IMG/VR virus record: IMGVR_UViG_3300032318_001123
Location: 2,489-66,488 of that record
DNA length: 64,000 nt
From: a virus
Lineage: Duplodnaviria; Caudoviricetes
Direction: 5' to 3' (one strand)
Part shown: positions 26,686 through 35,858 of the stretch, piece by piece
How the letters are laid out: each line of letters opens with the position of its first letter
Position numbering within the stretch: the first letter of the stretch is position 1
Made by a program: the position numbers and the translations under genes
The notes under the pieces: model-generated
Told to the model about the DNA's origin: nothing
The model's input: only the letters and a program-made list of their open reading frames with translations
Databases searched by the model: none

Positions 26686-26770
26686 ATAATTCCTTGATCC
26701 CTTGAGCCGATGAGCCAATGCTTACGGCCCAAGGGGTCTCTCCAACACGAACCCAAAAACACAAATACAC

Positions 26771-27658
26771 ATGAGCACAATACGTAATCAAGCAATGTTG
26801 ACCAGTCTGTCTATCGGCCTGTTCAACCCCAAGAAAACCGACCGCAACGTTACACGTGAGGTCTTGATCAGCAAGAACGCATCGCATAACGCTGGTGCGT
26901 TCGTGAAGAATATTCTCCCCGAGGAGAGTATCAAACCCATCCAGTCCGAAGCCGCCGCGTTGCGGACTTGGTTCTATCAGAACACCCTGCCATGGGGTGA
27001 CGATGCCGTGCGTCTGTTGCCAGTCGCGCAGTGGGACAAGTTCACCGAAGACCTCCGAGCACGTCTCGCTTCGCTGAACTCCATGTTCGACAACTTCTGC
27101 AACAGCTACGAGCAGCACCGAGACAAGGCTCTCCTGCAACTCGGAGCGTTGGCGAACCCTGCGGACTACCCGCCGCTGTCGGAAATACGTAGCAAGTTCT
27201 ACATAAGGGTGGCCTACCACCCGATGCCCGACAGCCGCGACTTCCGCTTGGATGACATGCCAGAAGAAGCGATCGCACAGATCCGTGCCGAGACCGACCT
27301 TCGAGTTGCCGATGCAATCAACGAGGCTCGCAACGATCTGTATCACCGCTTGGCCGACAGGTTGCAGCACATCATTGCTCGGATGGCCGAGGCCAACAAG
27401 AAGCGCGAAGGCACACGTCTCCACGCTTCGTTGATAAGCAACTTGCGGGAACTTTGCGAGTTGATCCCTAGCCTCAACGTCACCAAGGACGAGGAGCTTG
27501 AAGCTCTACGTGTCCGCGCCATGCAGGAGATCGGTGTCTACGATATCGACGAAGTCCGCGACAACCCAGATGTCCGCGCCGAACTCAAGTCCAAGGCCGA
27601 GGACATCCTCGCCGCCATGGGCTTTGGTGGTAACAACGCTGTGCAGAAAGCGGCTTAA
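26771..27658 (+). CDS. DUF3150-like helical protein
   Basis: NTLPWGD..VRLLP, LG.L....DYP, KF....P.P...DFR pattern. Confidence 0.5.
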   Translation: MSTIRNQAMLTSLSIGLFNPKKTDRNVTREVLISKNASHNAGAFVKNILPEESIKPIQSEAAALRTWFYQNTLPWGDDAVRLLPVAQWDKFTEDLRARLASLNSMFDNFCNSYEQHRDKALLQLGALANPADYPPLSEIRSKFYIRVAYHPMPDSRDFRLDDMPEEAIAQIRAETDLRVADAINEARNDLYHRLADRLQHIIARMAEANKKREGTRLHASLISNLRELCELIPSLNVTKDEELEALRVRAMQEIGVYDIDEVRDNPDVRAELKSKAEDILAAMGFGGNNAVQKAA

Positions 27659-27662
27659 TAAC

Positions 27663-27929
27663 ATGAAGAAGACAAAACAATACTACGTAATGCAGTACGA
27701 GGACGTTGCCAGAGAACGTCTATACTTAGCCAAGGGGCCTTTCGATTCCATCGTTTCTGCCGAAGAATGGTTGAAAGAGGAAGCCAAAGACCTGCTGGAA
27801 AACTCGGGCGAACCCGTGAGTCGCAAAGACTGTGAATCTTGGGCTGGTCCTAGTCTTGTGGTCGAAGTGGTCAGGCAGTATCAACAGATACCGTCCTACC
27901 GAGTCGACATTAAACTGAAACGGCTATAG
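27663..27929 (+). CDS. Hypothetical protein
   Basis: Start adjusted to MKKTKQ... Confidence 0.65.
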   Translation: MKKTKQYYVMQYEDVARERLYLAKGPFDSIVSAEEWLKEEAKDLLENSGEPVSRKDCESWAGPSLVVEVVRQYQQIPSYRVDIKLKRL

Positions 27930-27966
27930 GCAACTATGAGCCTTAATTTAAGGAGGTGATGCTTCC

Positions 27967-28095
27967 ATGCTACAACAACCGATAACGGTGCATCCACGTC
28001 TACGACAGGCTATATCCTTCGTGATAATGGTGCAGTCGATTACACCTCTAGTAGCTCTCGATAGATGTCCGGGGGTTGCGTATCCGGGTAACTAA
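27967..28095 (+). CDS. 42-aa micro-protein
   Basis: Perfect AAGGAGGTGA RBS; MLQQPITVHPRLRQAISFVIMV...; not in track. Confidence 0.45.
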   Translation: MLQQPITVHPRLRQAISFVIMVQSITPLVALDRCPGVAYPGN

Positions 28096-28189
28096 ACACG
28101 CAAGTTGTATGCAAGTTGCATAGTTCCATAGGATCCGAGGGCCGCGCATTCGGTAATAACGCGGACTTAACCAATAGAAACATATACCC

Positions 28190-28426
28190 ATGAAAACAGA
28201 CGATAGACGCCTCATGCTGGCAGGACACGCCCTCTCGGGACTGCTAGCCTCGCAACCAGAAAATAAGGGTTGGAACATCGACGCCCTGTCGGTAGTCTCC
28301 TTGAAGATTGCCGATACCATTATCAGTATGGCATCTTTGGAGAAGCTACCGGAACTCAAAGCTCCGGACGATTCCCAAATGGAATTAAATCTGGAGACCA
28401 AGAACGATGAGGAACTACAAAGCTGA
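28190..28426 (+). CDS. Conserved small phage protein
   Basis: AGHALSGLLAS ... A..IAD.II pattern. Confidence 0.65.
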   Translation: MKTDDRRLMLAGHALSGLLASQPENKGWNIDALSVVSLKIADTIISMASLEKLPELKAPDDSQMELNLETKNDEELQS

Positions 28427-28619
28427 GTACGAAAACTACCAAGGCACCGAAGAGCAGAAGAAACGCCGTGCCGTGCGCAACGCAGCCAGACGCATGTTGA
28501 TGCGCGATGGCCGCGTTCGCAAGGGTGACGGCAAAGATGTCGACCATATCAACGGTCTCCACAATGCAGCTAACAACCTGCGTGTTCTGTCTAAATCAAC
28601 CAATCGCAGTATCAAGTAG
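28407..28619 (+). CDS. HNH endonuclease-like protein
   Basis: DGKDVDH ... N..NNLRV..NRS. Confidence 0.8.
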   Translation: MRNYKAEYENYQGTEEQKKRRAVRNAARRMLMRDGRVRKGDGKDVDHINGLHNAANNLRVLSKSTNRSIK

Positions 28620-28641
28620 CTTAGCTACCAAACTACGATTG

Positions 28642-28758
28642 ATGATAGTAGCATGTTCGCTGGCTGTAGTTGTCGCGTTCGTAGTCCTGTCCAAGGGCTG
28701 CGAATTCGACGGCGGCAGGCCAGCGGATGCCTACTCAACGGTGTCAATAAGAAGTTGA
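28642..28758 (+). CDS. Small membrane peptide / possible lipoprotein
   Basis: MIVACSLAVVVAFVVLSKGC... Confidence 0.4.
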   Translation: MIVACSLAVVVAFVVLSKGCEFDGGRPADAYSTVSIRS

Positions 28759-28849
28759 TACCCTAGTATTTTAAGATATAATCCGCGTCTGTATTAAACA
28801 GAAACCTATATCTTCGAAAGATAGCGGAGCACTCTACGAGCTTTCTTTC

Positions 28850-29206
28850 ATGGTCGAGTGCATGAAGCGGGGATGGAAAGTCAGCCTACCGATTGGCGAA
28901 GACTGTCGCTACGATGTCATCGTCGACACACCCAAAGGATTAACTCGGGTTCAAATCAAAGCCTTGAGTCCAGATAAACTCGGTCGGCTGCGTCTCAAAG
29001 CTGTCTACGGCAATAGAGTTGCAAAATCCTATACTATTAAAGATTGTGACATAATCGCTGGGTACGCCATCTCCCTCAGTACTTGGTGGATAATTCCTGT
29101 TAAGTACTTGCAAACCAAGATGTTAAATCTAAACAGAAAGTATCATGAGTTCAATTCAGCGTGGCATTTAATTGGATACAATGAGCAACCTAAAAAGAAG
29201 AAATAG
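28850..29206 (+). CDS. PD-(D/E)XK endonuclease (PDDEXK_5-like)
   Basis: VSLPIG...RYDVIVD.....RVQIK; true start probably upstream and non-ATG. Confidence 0.75.
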   Translation: MVECMKRGWKVSLPIGEDCRYDVIVDTPKGLTRVQIKALSPDKLGRLRLKAVYGNRVAKSYTIKDCDIIAGYAISLSTWWIIPVKYLQTKMLNLNRKYHEFNSAWHLIGYNEQPKKKK

Positions 29207-29330
29207 TATATTACTGTGTGCTGAGATTCTCGGAGCAAGCATGGTCGCGTCAGCCGTAATAGTGGCCAGCGGCCTATTCTGGACCAGTCTTTTCTGGTTG
29301 ATCTATAAGTTGGTCCTGCTAGTTTCCTAG
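29181..29330 (+). CDS. 49-aa membrane peptide
   Basis: MSNLKRRNSILLCAEILGASMVASAVIVASGLFW...; not in track. Confidence 0.5.
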   Translation: MSNLKRRNSILLCAEILGASMVASAVIVASGLFWTSLFWLIYKLVLLVS

Positions 29331-29336
29331 CAACAC

Positions 29337-29681
29337 ATGAAGCCCCGGACTACCAAGAAGTCAACACCTGCCAAGCGCATCCCAACCATGCGTTTCAAGT
29401 TCGACGGAAGTTGGTGGAAAGTAAAGATACAAAGACCCCCAGAGCGGGAAGTCCTTGAGGGTCTGGTCCGCTACGACACCCGTACCATTTATTTGGATCC
29501 AAGGGCCGTGGCTTGCAACGGATTCGGGATCATCGTCCATGAAGTCGCTCACGCTGTCCTACGCGATATCGCTGAAGACCCTATTCTTGAGCTTGAACGA
29601 ATCTCCTCAACCGTGGCAAAGTTCGTGGCCAAGTACACAAAGGGAACCATATCAATCGGGAACCACAAGCCCGTAGAATAA
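29337..29681 (+). CDS. HExxH metallopeptidase-like small protein
   Basis: IIVHEVAHAV. Confidence 0.6.
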   Translation: MKPRTTKKSTPAKRIPTMRFKFDGSWWKVKIQRPPEREVLEGLVRYDTRTIYLDPRAVACNGFGIIVHEVAHAVLRDIAEDPILELERISSTVAKFVAKYTKGTISIGNHKPVE

Positions 29682-29685
29682 ATTT

Positions 29686-29874
29686 ATGAAGAAAAAAACA
29701 ACAGCACCCAAACGCAAACGTAAACCCATTTACAATGCTGAGATCGAAGATGTCCTTGAAGGTATTCCTCCTATTGGCTACGTAGCCGTTACTTTTTGGG
29801 GGCGTTTTGTCCTAGCAGGTATGTTCATCCGTAAAGCATTTGCTTGTCTATTCAAAGGCCAAACGTCTGTTTGA
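29686..29874 (+). CDS. Hypothetical protein
   Basis: TGATG coupling to next ORF. Confidence 0.55.
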   Translation: MKKKTTAPKRKRKPIYNAEIEDVLEGIPPIGYVAVTFWGRFVLAGMFIRKAFACLFKGQTSV

Positions 29875-30017
29875 TGTCCGGACCACTCATAGTACTTGTA
29901 GGATTTATCTACGCATATGTTTCCATCGAACAAGGAACCAAAGGAAATATCGGGATGTGTCTCGCGTATGCGGGGTATTCTTTTGCCAATGCAGGACTCT
30001 ACCTGCTCGCCAAGTAG
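29874..30017 (+). CDS. 47-aa two-TM membrane peptide (conserved phage family)
   Basis: MSGPLIVLVGFIYAYVSIEQGTKGNIGMCLAYAGYSFANAGLYLLAK; not in track. Confidence 0.7.
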   Translation: MSGPLIVLVGFIYAYVSIEQGTKGNIGMCLAYAGYSFANAGLYLLAK

Positions 30018-30018
30018 C

Positions 30019-30102
30019 ATGGCTTCTTTCGGCCTGTTCTTGGTTGTACTTTCTGTAGGCGTTGCTATCGTGGTCGACGCCATCAAAAACTACCACGAAT
30101 AG
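30019..30102 (+). CDS. 27-aa membrane peptide
   Basis: MASFGLFLVVLSVGVAIVVDAIKNYHE. Confidence 0.45.
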   Translation: MASFGLFLVVLSVGVAIVVDAIKNYHE

Positions 30103-30116
30103 AAGGAGGTGATTTT

Positions 30117-30266
30117 ATGCCGTTCAAATCCAAAGCCCAACAAGCCTACATGTTCGCTACTCAACCGAAGATCGCCAAAGAAATGGCTGGAAAGACTTCG
30201 AAGAAGCAGTTTGCTCAGATGCCTGAGCACGTTAAGGCCAAAGTAAAAAAGAAACCTAAGATGTGA
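30117..30266 (+). CDS. 49-aa Lys-rich micro-protein (MPFKSKAQ family)
   Basis: Perfect AAGGAGGTGA RBS; not in track. Confidence 0.7.
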   Translation: MPFKSKAQQAYMFATQPKIAKEMAGKTSKKQFAQMPEHVKAKVKKKPKM

Positions 30267-30967
30267 TGGATCTTCTACTAGCCATACAATCTTATACAGG
30301 AGCTAATAGTATAGTGGCTAGACACTGGCCTTACTACTTAAACTCTGGTGCCAAAGAAATCCATGGCATTGGAACTACTGATGGTGGATGCGTATGGCCG
30401 AGTAATGTCCCGAGCGTACTTATCGGAGAGAATAGATACATGGATGGTAAGCACCTACCAATTCGCCTACTTGACACTATAGAGTACTGCCTATCCACAG
30501 ATTCTTCTCACTTCTGCATAGTCGAATATGACACACTATTCTTACGCAGTATACCGGAGTGGGTCGGGATCGCGGCTCATTTAGCAGGTGGGCAGACGTT
30601 TAATAGCAAGGCTTCGACATTCATCCACAATCCTTGGTTTCTTGATCGTCCAACAGCTTTGGCAGTACTTAACGTGGGTAGAGAATTGGTGTCACAAGAC
30701 TGGCCTATAACCCATACTTGGCATATTAGAAACTCAGAAGGATGGGGGTATGGATGCGCCGAAAGTTCTCCAGATGTATTTTTGGCTTGGGTATGTGAGG
30801 AGGCAAAAATTCCAGTTAGATACGATCTTATGCGGGAGTTTAGTCGAAACAGTCTTGATAGACCCGGAGCACTCGAAGAAGCTCGGGCCGCACGTCTAGA
30901 TGGAGTTGACATAATTCACGGAGTCAAATTGCAAAGTGAACTTGATTACATTATGTCGGCCCCATGA
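30263..30967 (+). CDS. GT-A-like glycosyltransferase-like protein
   Basis: IVEYD and C-terminal IIHGVK, same motif pair as 1051-1935. Confidence 0.5.
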   Translation: MMDLLLAIQSYTGANSIVARHWPYYLNSGAKEIHGIGTTDGGCVWPSNVPSVLIGENRYMDGKHLPIRLLDTIEYCLSTDSSHFCIVEYDTLFLRSIPEWVGIAAHLAGGQTFNSKASTFIHNPWFLDRPTALAVLNVGRELVSQDWPITHTWHIRNSEGWGYGCAESSPDVFLAWVCEEAKIPVRYDLMREFSRNSLDRPGALEEARAARLDGVDIIHGVKLQSELDYIMSAP

Positions 30968-31599
30968 AAGTAATAGTAAATTCTAATATCAGAAACATCA
31001 AAACAACCATTGAGAAGATCAATGAGGGTGGGATTTTGGATAAGAACCCAGATGTATTTTACTTTATTGTGGGAGGATCGGCAGAACCTACTGAAATAGG
31101 ATACCGCAATGTTTTCTTTACGGACGTTAACTCATTTGATTTGACGGGTCTTATTTACTTGATAGAAAATGATTACAATTTATGCGGAGATGAATCTTTT
31201 TTCTACACCCACGACACTTGTTTCTTTGGAGATAGATTCTTGGATCTTTTAAACAATAGCAATTTAAAAGAAGCGCGGTTATTTGAAGGGGCCAATTGCT
31301 CTATGCATATAGGAATATATACTAAAAGTATTATTGAGAAACATAAAGACGAAATCTTAAAATTTAAAAACACAAACGATGACATAACCATCTTGAATGC
31401 TATTAAAAATAGTTTGATACACAATGAGTCTTTTGTCCTATTTGACTCTGGATTCTTAACCGGACAGAGACAGCCACTCGAAACTAAATGTGTGTACAAT
31501 AATAATGTTCCAAGACTAGTTGAATATTTTCCAGAATTAGATTTTTATAAGTTCAAGGCAAACTGGCAAGCAAAACAAAATTACGAAATAAATCTATGA
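30964..31599 (+). CDS. Putative glycosyltransferase-like protein, AT-rich
   Basis: FFYTHDT, S.HIG.Y motifs; neighbourhood. Confidence 0.45.
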   Translation: MKVIVNSNIRNIKTTIEKINEGGILDKNPDVFYFIVGGSAEPTEIGYRNVFFTDVNSFDLTGLIYLIENDYNLCGDESFFYTHDTCFFGDRFLDLLNNSNLKEARLFEGANCSMHIGIYTKSIIEKHKDEILKFKNTNDDITILNAIKNSLIHNESFVLFDSGFLTGQRQPLETKCVYNNNVPRLVEYFPELDFYKFKANWQAKQNYEINL

Positions 31600-32150
31600 A
31601 AAATACTCTACAAAAGATATACGAAAAACATGGGCTTGAAGGTGACGTAGGTCATGCCGATAAAGGTAACATTCACTCGTATATTCCAGTATATGAGGAA
31701 CTGTTAAAACCCTATAGGGAATCGGCCACCGTCTTGGAGATTGGATTGGCATTCGGGTATTCACTCCGTATGTGGGATGAATATTTTGGGGATGAAGCCA
31801 AGATTTTTGGTGCTGATATTCTAGTAGCATTTGACCCTATTGAGTTTAAAAGTCCTCGCGTAACCATCTTAGAGGTTGATGCCACTACTTCAGAATTGTT
31901 GACTAAACTTAATGGAACTAAATTTGATGTAGTTATTGATGATGGCTCGCATCAAGCTGTAGATCAAATTAATACCTTCAATCTACTTCGTGAATCCATG
32001 AACCCCGGAGGAGTGTATATCGTGGAGGATATACTAGACTTCGATAGCGTGTCTTCTGCTTTTAAGTCTCTTCATGCTAACTGCGACGTAATTGATCTAC
32101 GTAGCGTAAAAAACAGATTTGACGATGCTTTGATTGTATTGAAGTTCTAA
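31596..32150 (+). CDS. Class I SAM-dependent methyltransferase (sugar O-methyltransferase-like)
   Basis: TDK-like DKG..H.Y...YE, VLEIG...G.S, GADI, FDVVIDDGSH, GGVYIVED. Confidence 0.85.
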   Translation: MKNTLQKIYEKHGLEGDVGHADKGNIHSYIPVYEELLKPYRESATVLEIGLAFGYSLRMWDEYFGDEAKIFGADILVAFDPIEFKSPRVTILEVDATTSELLTKLNGTKFDVVIDDGSHQAVDQINTFNLLRESMNPGGVYIVEDILDFDSVSSAFKSLHANCDVIDLRSVKNRFDDALIVLKF

Positions 32151-32842
32151 TGAATACGGACATTTTTATTCGCTCGTACGTCAATGATTTTCGCTGGCTG
32201 ACGTACTCCTTAAAATCCATCAATCAACGAGCCAAGGGATTCCGTGACATACATATCGTAGTACCGCAGGGACAGGCCGAGCATCTCAAACACTTGACGC
32301 TGGAGAAAGTACATGAGTGCCCAGTCTACGGTGATGACTACCTTGGTCAGCAGATCACCAAGATGATGGCCGATACGTACACTGACGCCGACTTTATTCT
32401 ACACATCGACTCCGATACCGTCTTTACGCAGGACGTGACACCGGACACGTTCATTATCGACGGCAAGCCAATCATCTACCACGAGCCCTACTCAAAAGTC
32501 GGCCTTGAACCTTGGTACCCTGTAGTCTCGGAAGTCTTGGGGTGGGCACCGGAGAACGAGTTTATGCGTAGGTTCCCTTTCGTGTATCCTCGTTGGTTGT
32601 ATGGGGATTTTCGTGGGTACCTAGAAACTCTTTACTACGATAGTTTTGAAAATTATGTATCCAGTAGACCTCATCGCAGTTTTTCTGAATTTAACATCAT
32701 AGGTGAGTTTGCATGGAAGACGCATCATGATAAGTTTACTTGGCGTAACCCGCATGACGATCCAACTTACGTCAGACAGTTTCGTTCGTGGGATGGGATT
32801 GACGGTCACCTACTAGAGCTAGATAAACTAACTGATGGATAA
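32150..32842 (+). CDS. DUF6492-like glycosyltransferase-like protein
   Basis: IFIRSY..D..W, YLGQQ..K, LHIDSD, FSEFN..G. Confidence 0.65.
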   Translation: MNTDIFIRSYVNDFRWLTYSLKSINQRAKGFRDIHIVVPQGQAEHLKHLTLEKVHECPVYGDDYLGQQITKMMADTYTDADFILHIDSDTVFTQDVTPDTFIIDGKPIIYHEPYSKVGLEPWYPVVSEVLGWAPENEFMRRFPFVYPRWLYGDFRGYLETLYYDSFENYVSSRPHRSFSEFNIIGEFAWKTHHDKFTWRNPHDDPTYVRQFRSWDGIDGHLLELDKLTDG

Positions 32843-33644
32843 AAATATAACTCTAGTAGCCATAGATTTTCTATGGCATGACTTAACTAGATACGCTATT
32901 GAGACAAGTCTAAAGCGTGTAAGTATATCCGAAATAATCACCATAAGCGACCGCGAAATAATCTCCGGAGCCAAATTTATATCACATAAACCAGTCAATT
33001 CTTTAGGTGAGTACGCCAACATTATGCTTAAAGAAGTTGTTGACCATGTTAATACAAGTCATGCTTTGTATGTGCAGTGGGATGGCATGGCCTACAATAA
33101 ATTTTGCTGGGATTCACAATTTCTCGATTATGACTACATTGGAGCACCGTGGCCTTTTGAAGTAGAAACCGAAAGTGTAGGTAACGGCGGCTTTAGTTTA
33201 CGGAGTAAGAAGCTGCTCGAAGCATGTAGGGATAACGCGATACAGTTAACTGAAGAAATCCCAACGTCCGAAGATAAACTGATCGGCTATAAACACAGGC
33301 CATATCTAGAAGATAAGTACAACATAAAATTCCCATCGATAGATACGGCCAGCCATTTCAGCTTTGAACTCGGCGTACACAAACCATGTCTAGGATTCCA
33401 TGGACTTTGGAACGTATTTAACCTTATGCCAGATGAAACTATGGATTACTACGCATCGCGCATCACCTACAAAGATTGGGAGTTGAATAAGTGGAGAAGA
33501 GTCTTGGAAGCCGTATTACGTAGGAAACGATTTGATTTATACAAAAACATGCTGGATAAAGTGCCGATAGACATAACAGCACAACTAACGCAGTCACTGA
33601 AAGAAGAGTGTGGACTTTCCGAAAGTGGCCTAATAGTAAAGTAG
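32835..33644 (+). CDS. DUF5672-like glycosyltransferase-like protein
   Basis: VQWDG, YDYIGAPW, VGNGGFSLRS, ED, A..FS.E, GFHG. Confidence 0.8.
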   Translation: MDKNITLVAIDFLWHDLTRYAIETSLKRVSISEIITISDREIISGAKFISHKPVNSLGEYANIMLKEVVDHVNTSHALYVQWDGMAYNKFCWDSQFLDYDYIGAPWPFEVETESVGNGGFSLRSKKLLEACRDNAIQLTEEIPTSEDKLIGYKHRPYLEDKYNIKFPSIDTASHFSFELGVHKPCLGFHGLWNVFNLMPDETMDYYASRITYKDWELNKWRRVLEAVLRRKRFDLYKNMLDKVPIDITAQLTQSLKEECGLSESGLIVK

Positions 33645-33645
33645 T

Positions 33646-34083
33646 ATGAAGTGGGATACACGATTCATCCAGTTAGCTAGACACGTAGCACAATGGAGCA
33701 AAGACCCCGGCACCCAATGCGGAGCAGTCATCGTTAGGCCAGACCGCACCATCGCCAGCATTGGTTTCAACGGACTACCTCGCGGTGTCGAAGACAGTCC
33801 CGAACGATTGCTAGACCGCGACAAAAAGCTGCAATATGTTGTACACGCAGAAACTAACGCAATACTTGCAGCGCACGAACAGCTTAAAGATTACGCTATC
33901 TATGTGTGGCCTTTCCAACCCTGTTGCCACTGTGCCGCTGCCATCATTCAATCTGGAATCAAAGAAGTATACTGCCCAAATGCTCCGGTTATTAGATGGA
34001 CAGAGTCCTTTGAGGTAGCTAGAAAAATGTTTTGCGAAGCCGATGTTTCCCTAAATCTATTAGATGATAATATACCCAACTAA
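33646..34083 (+). CDS. dCMP deaminase
   Basis: SKDP.TQ.GA, VHAE.NA, PCCHC. Confidence 0.9.
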   Translation: MKWDTRFIQLARHVAQWSKDPGTQCGAVIVRPDRTIASIGFNGLPRGVEDSPERLLDRDKKLQYVVHAETNAILAAHEQLKDYAIYVWPFQPCCHCAAAIIQSGIKEVYCPNAPVIRWTESFEVARKMFCEADVSLNLLDDNIPN

Positions 34084-34612
34084 TCTTAAAGACGTTCTGC
34101 TACTAAAACCTAGGATATTTGAAGACGAACGTGGTTGTTTTTTCGAACCTTGGAATCAAAAAACTTTTGATAACCTAAGCCTACCACTGACATTTGTTCA
34201 AGATAATGTCAGTTATTCCAAGAAGAATGTGCTACGCGGTCTCCATTATCAGCTACCAAATTCGCAAGGAAAGCTCGTATCCGTGCTCTACGGCCATGTG
34301 TTCGACGTGGTTGTAGACTTGCGTAGGTCATCCGATACGTTTGGAAAGTGGCAGGGATTCGAGTTATCCGAGGAGAATAGACTCATGCTGCTGATGCCCG
34401 AAGGATTTGCTCACGGGTTCCTCACGCTAAGCCATCACACCATATTCCAGTACAAGTGTACCAAACACTATGACCCAAACTCAGAGCACACACTACTTTG
34501 GAACGATGAAACTATCGGTATAAATTGGCCTCTTCCAAAGAGTACCAGTCCGGTAATTTCTTCAAAAGATAGCTTGGGATATACATTCAAATCTTGCCCT
34601 AAATTTAAATGA
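34064..34612 (+). CDS. rfbC: dTDP-4-dehydrorhamnose 3,5-epimerase
   Basis: F.DERG.F.E, FVQDN.S.S....LRGLHYQ, QGKLV, GFAHGF, YKCT..YDP. Confidence 0.92.
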   Translation: MIIYPTNLKDVLLLKPRIFEDERGCFFEPWNQKTFDNLSLPLTFVQDNVSYSKKNVLRGLHYQLPNSQGKLVSVLYGHVFDVVVDLRRSSDTFGKWQGFELSEENRLMLLMPEGFAHGFLTLSHHTIFQYKCTKHYDPNSEHTLLWNDETIGINWPLPKSTSPVISSKDSLGYTFKSCPKFK

Positions 34613-35211
34613 ACAAAATAACAAACGACATCTATAAAAACTTTGACCCTTTGCCTCCAGATTTATTTGGCTGGCATGGGACTGGTTCACTATTTGGCAA
34701 CCTTATTGACCAAGTAAAACCCAGCCACATAATTGAAGTCGGCACTTGGAAGGGACAGAGCGCAATCACCATGGCCAAACATGTAAAGTTCACGGGTCTC
34801 GATTGTAAGATTACCTGTGTTGACACATGGCTCGGTGCATTGGAATTTTGGAAGGATTTGAGGGATACACCAGAGAGAGACTTGATGCTACATCGTGGAT
34901 ATCCTCAAGTTTACTACCAATTTTTGTCGAATGTCGTTCATTCCGATGTTCAAGATATTATTCTACCAATGCCACTACCTTCTTCGATTGCTTGGAAGGC
35001 AATTGACGAGAAAGCGCAGTTGATTTATATAGACGGCTCCCACGAATATGAAGATGTCAAAGATGATTGTTTGAACTTCTGGAATTTGTTGGATGATGGT
35101 GGAGTCATGTTTGGAGATGACATAAATTGGGCGGGAGTAAAAAAAGCCGTAGGAGAAGTTTTCCCTGATTCAGAAATAATCGAAGATATTTTTTGGGTCG
35201 TTAAAAAATGA
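34609..35211 (+). CDS. Class I SAM-dependent methyltransferase (Methyltransf_24-like)
   Basis: IIEVGTWKGQS, CVDTWLG, IYIDGSHEY, GGVMFGDD. Confidence 0.85.
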   Translation: MNKITNDIYKNFDPLPPDLFGWHGTGSLFGNLIDQVKPSHIIEVGTWKGQSAITMAKHVKFTGLDCKITCVDTWLGALEFWKDLRDTPERDLMLHRGYPQVYYQFLSNVVHSDVQDIILPMPLPSSIAWKAIDEKAQLIYIDGSHEYEDVKDDCLNFWNLLDDGGVMFGDDINWAGVKKAVGEVFPDSEIIEDIFWVVKK

Positions 35212-35858
35212 GTAACTACCTAAATATAAACATACCCACATTCATGGCCTACCTTGACTATGGGTTCATGTTTAATGAGCAACCGGACATTAAACGCGAG
35301 CGTATGCTTGTCGAGGTGCTGGCCTTTACCAGCATACCGCAGCGATGTGGACTGTTCACCATCATGACGGAGTACGGCAGTCAGCACGCTCGCGTCCCAA
35401 TCCACTACCTACACGCCGAGAAGGAGGGCGGCACGGACTTCCCACTCGACTGGGTTCAGCTATGGGATTCACTGAGCTATTACTGCTCGGCTACCATTCT
35501 TGAGTACTGCAAGAACCGTTCGGCCAACATCATGCTCAAAAACAAGACGCTCCACAAAGCGCAGTACATGTTCACCCTTGACTGGTGCATGGGTCCCCAG
35601 TACTCCAGTGGCTATGGAGAGATGGCAGCAGGACACAAATGCGGTCACGTATTCCGTGGTTCGGGTGGGCAATACTTTATTCAACCCAACAACCGAGTCC
35701 TTTGGATGGACGGCGGATCGTTCATCTGTTCCAAGTTCCATAAAAAACCAGACTGGAAAGTATTCGGTCACGAGTTCTCCTGCGAAAGCAGCGGATCACG
35801 ATGGGTGAGCGAAAGCGAGGAAGACCTATGGTTCTACGAATTCAAGGAGCAATCCTAG
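35208..35858 (+). CDS. Conserved phage hypothetical protein
   Basis: YLN.NIP, RVPIH, HKCGH, QPNNRV motifs. Confidence 0.7.
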   Translation: MSNYLNINIPTFMAYLDYGFMFNEQPDIKRERMLVEVLAFTSIPQRCGLFTIMTEYGSQHARVPIHYLHAEKEGGTDFPLDWVQLWDSLSYYCSATILEYCKNRSANIMLKNKTLHKAQYMFTLDWCMGPQYSSGYGEMAAGHKCGHVFRGSGGQYFIQPNNRVLWMDGGSFICSKFHKKPDWKVFGHEFSCESSGSRWVSESEEDLWFYEFKEQS

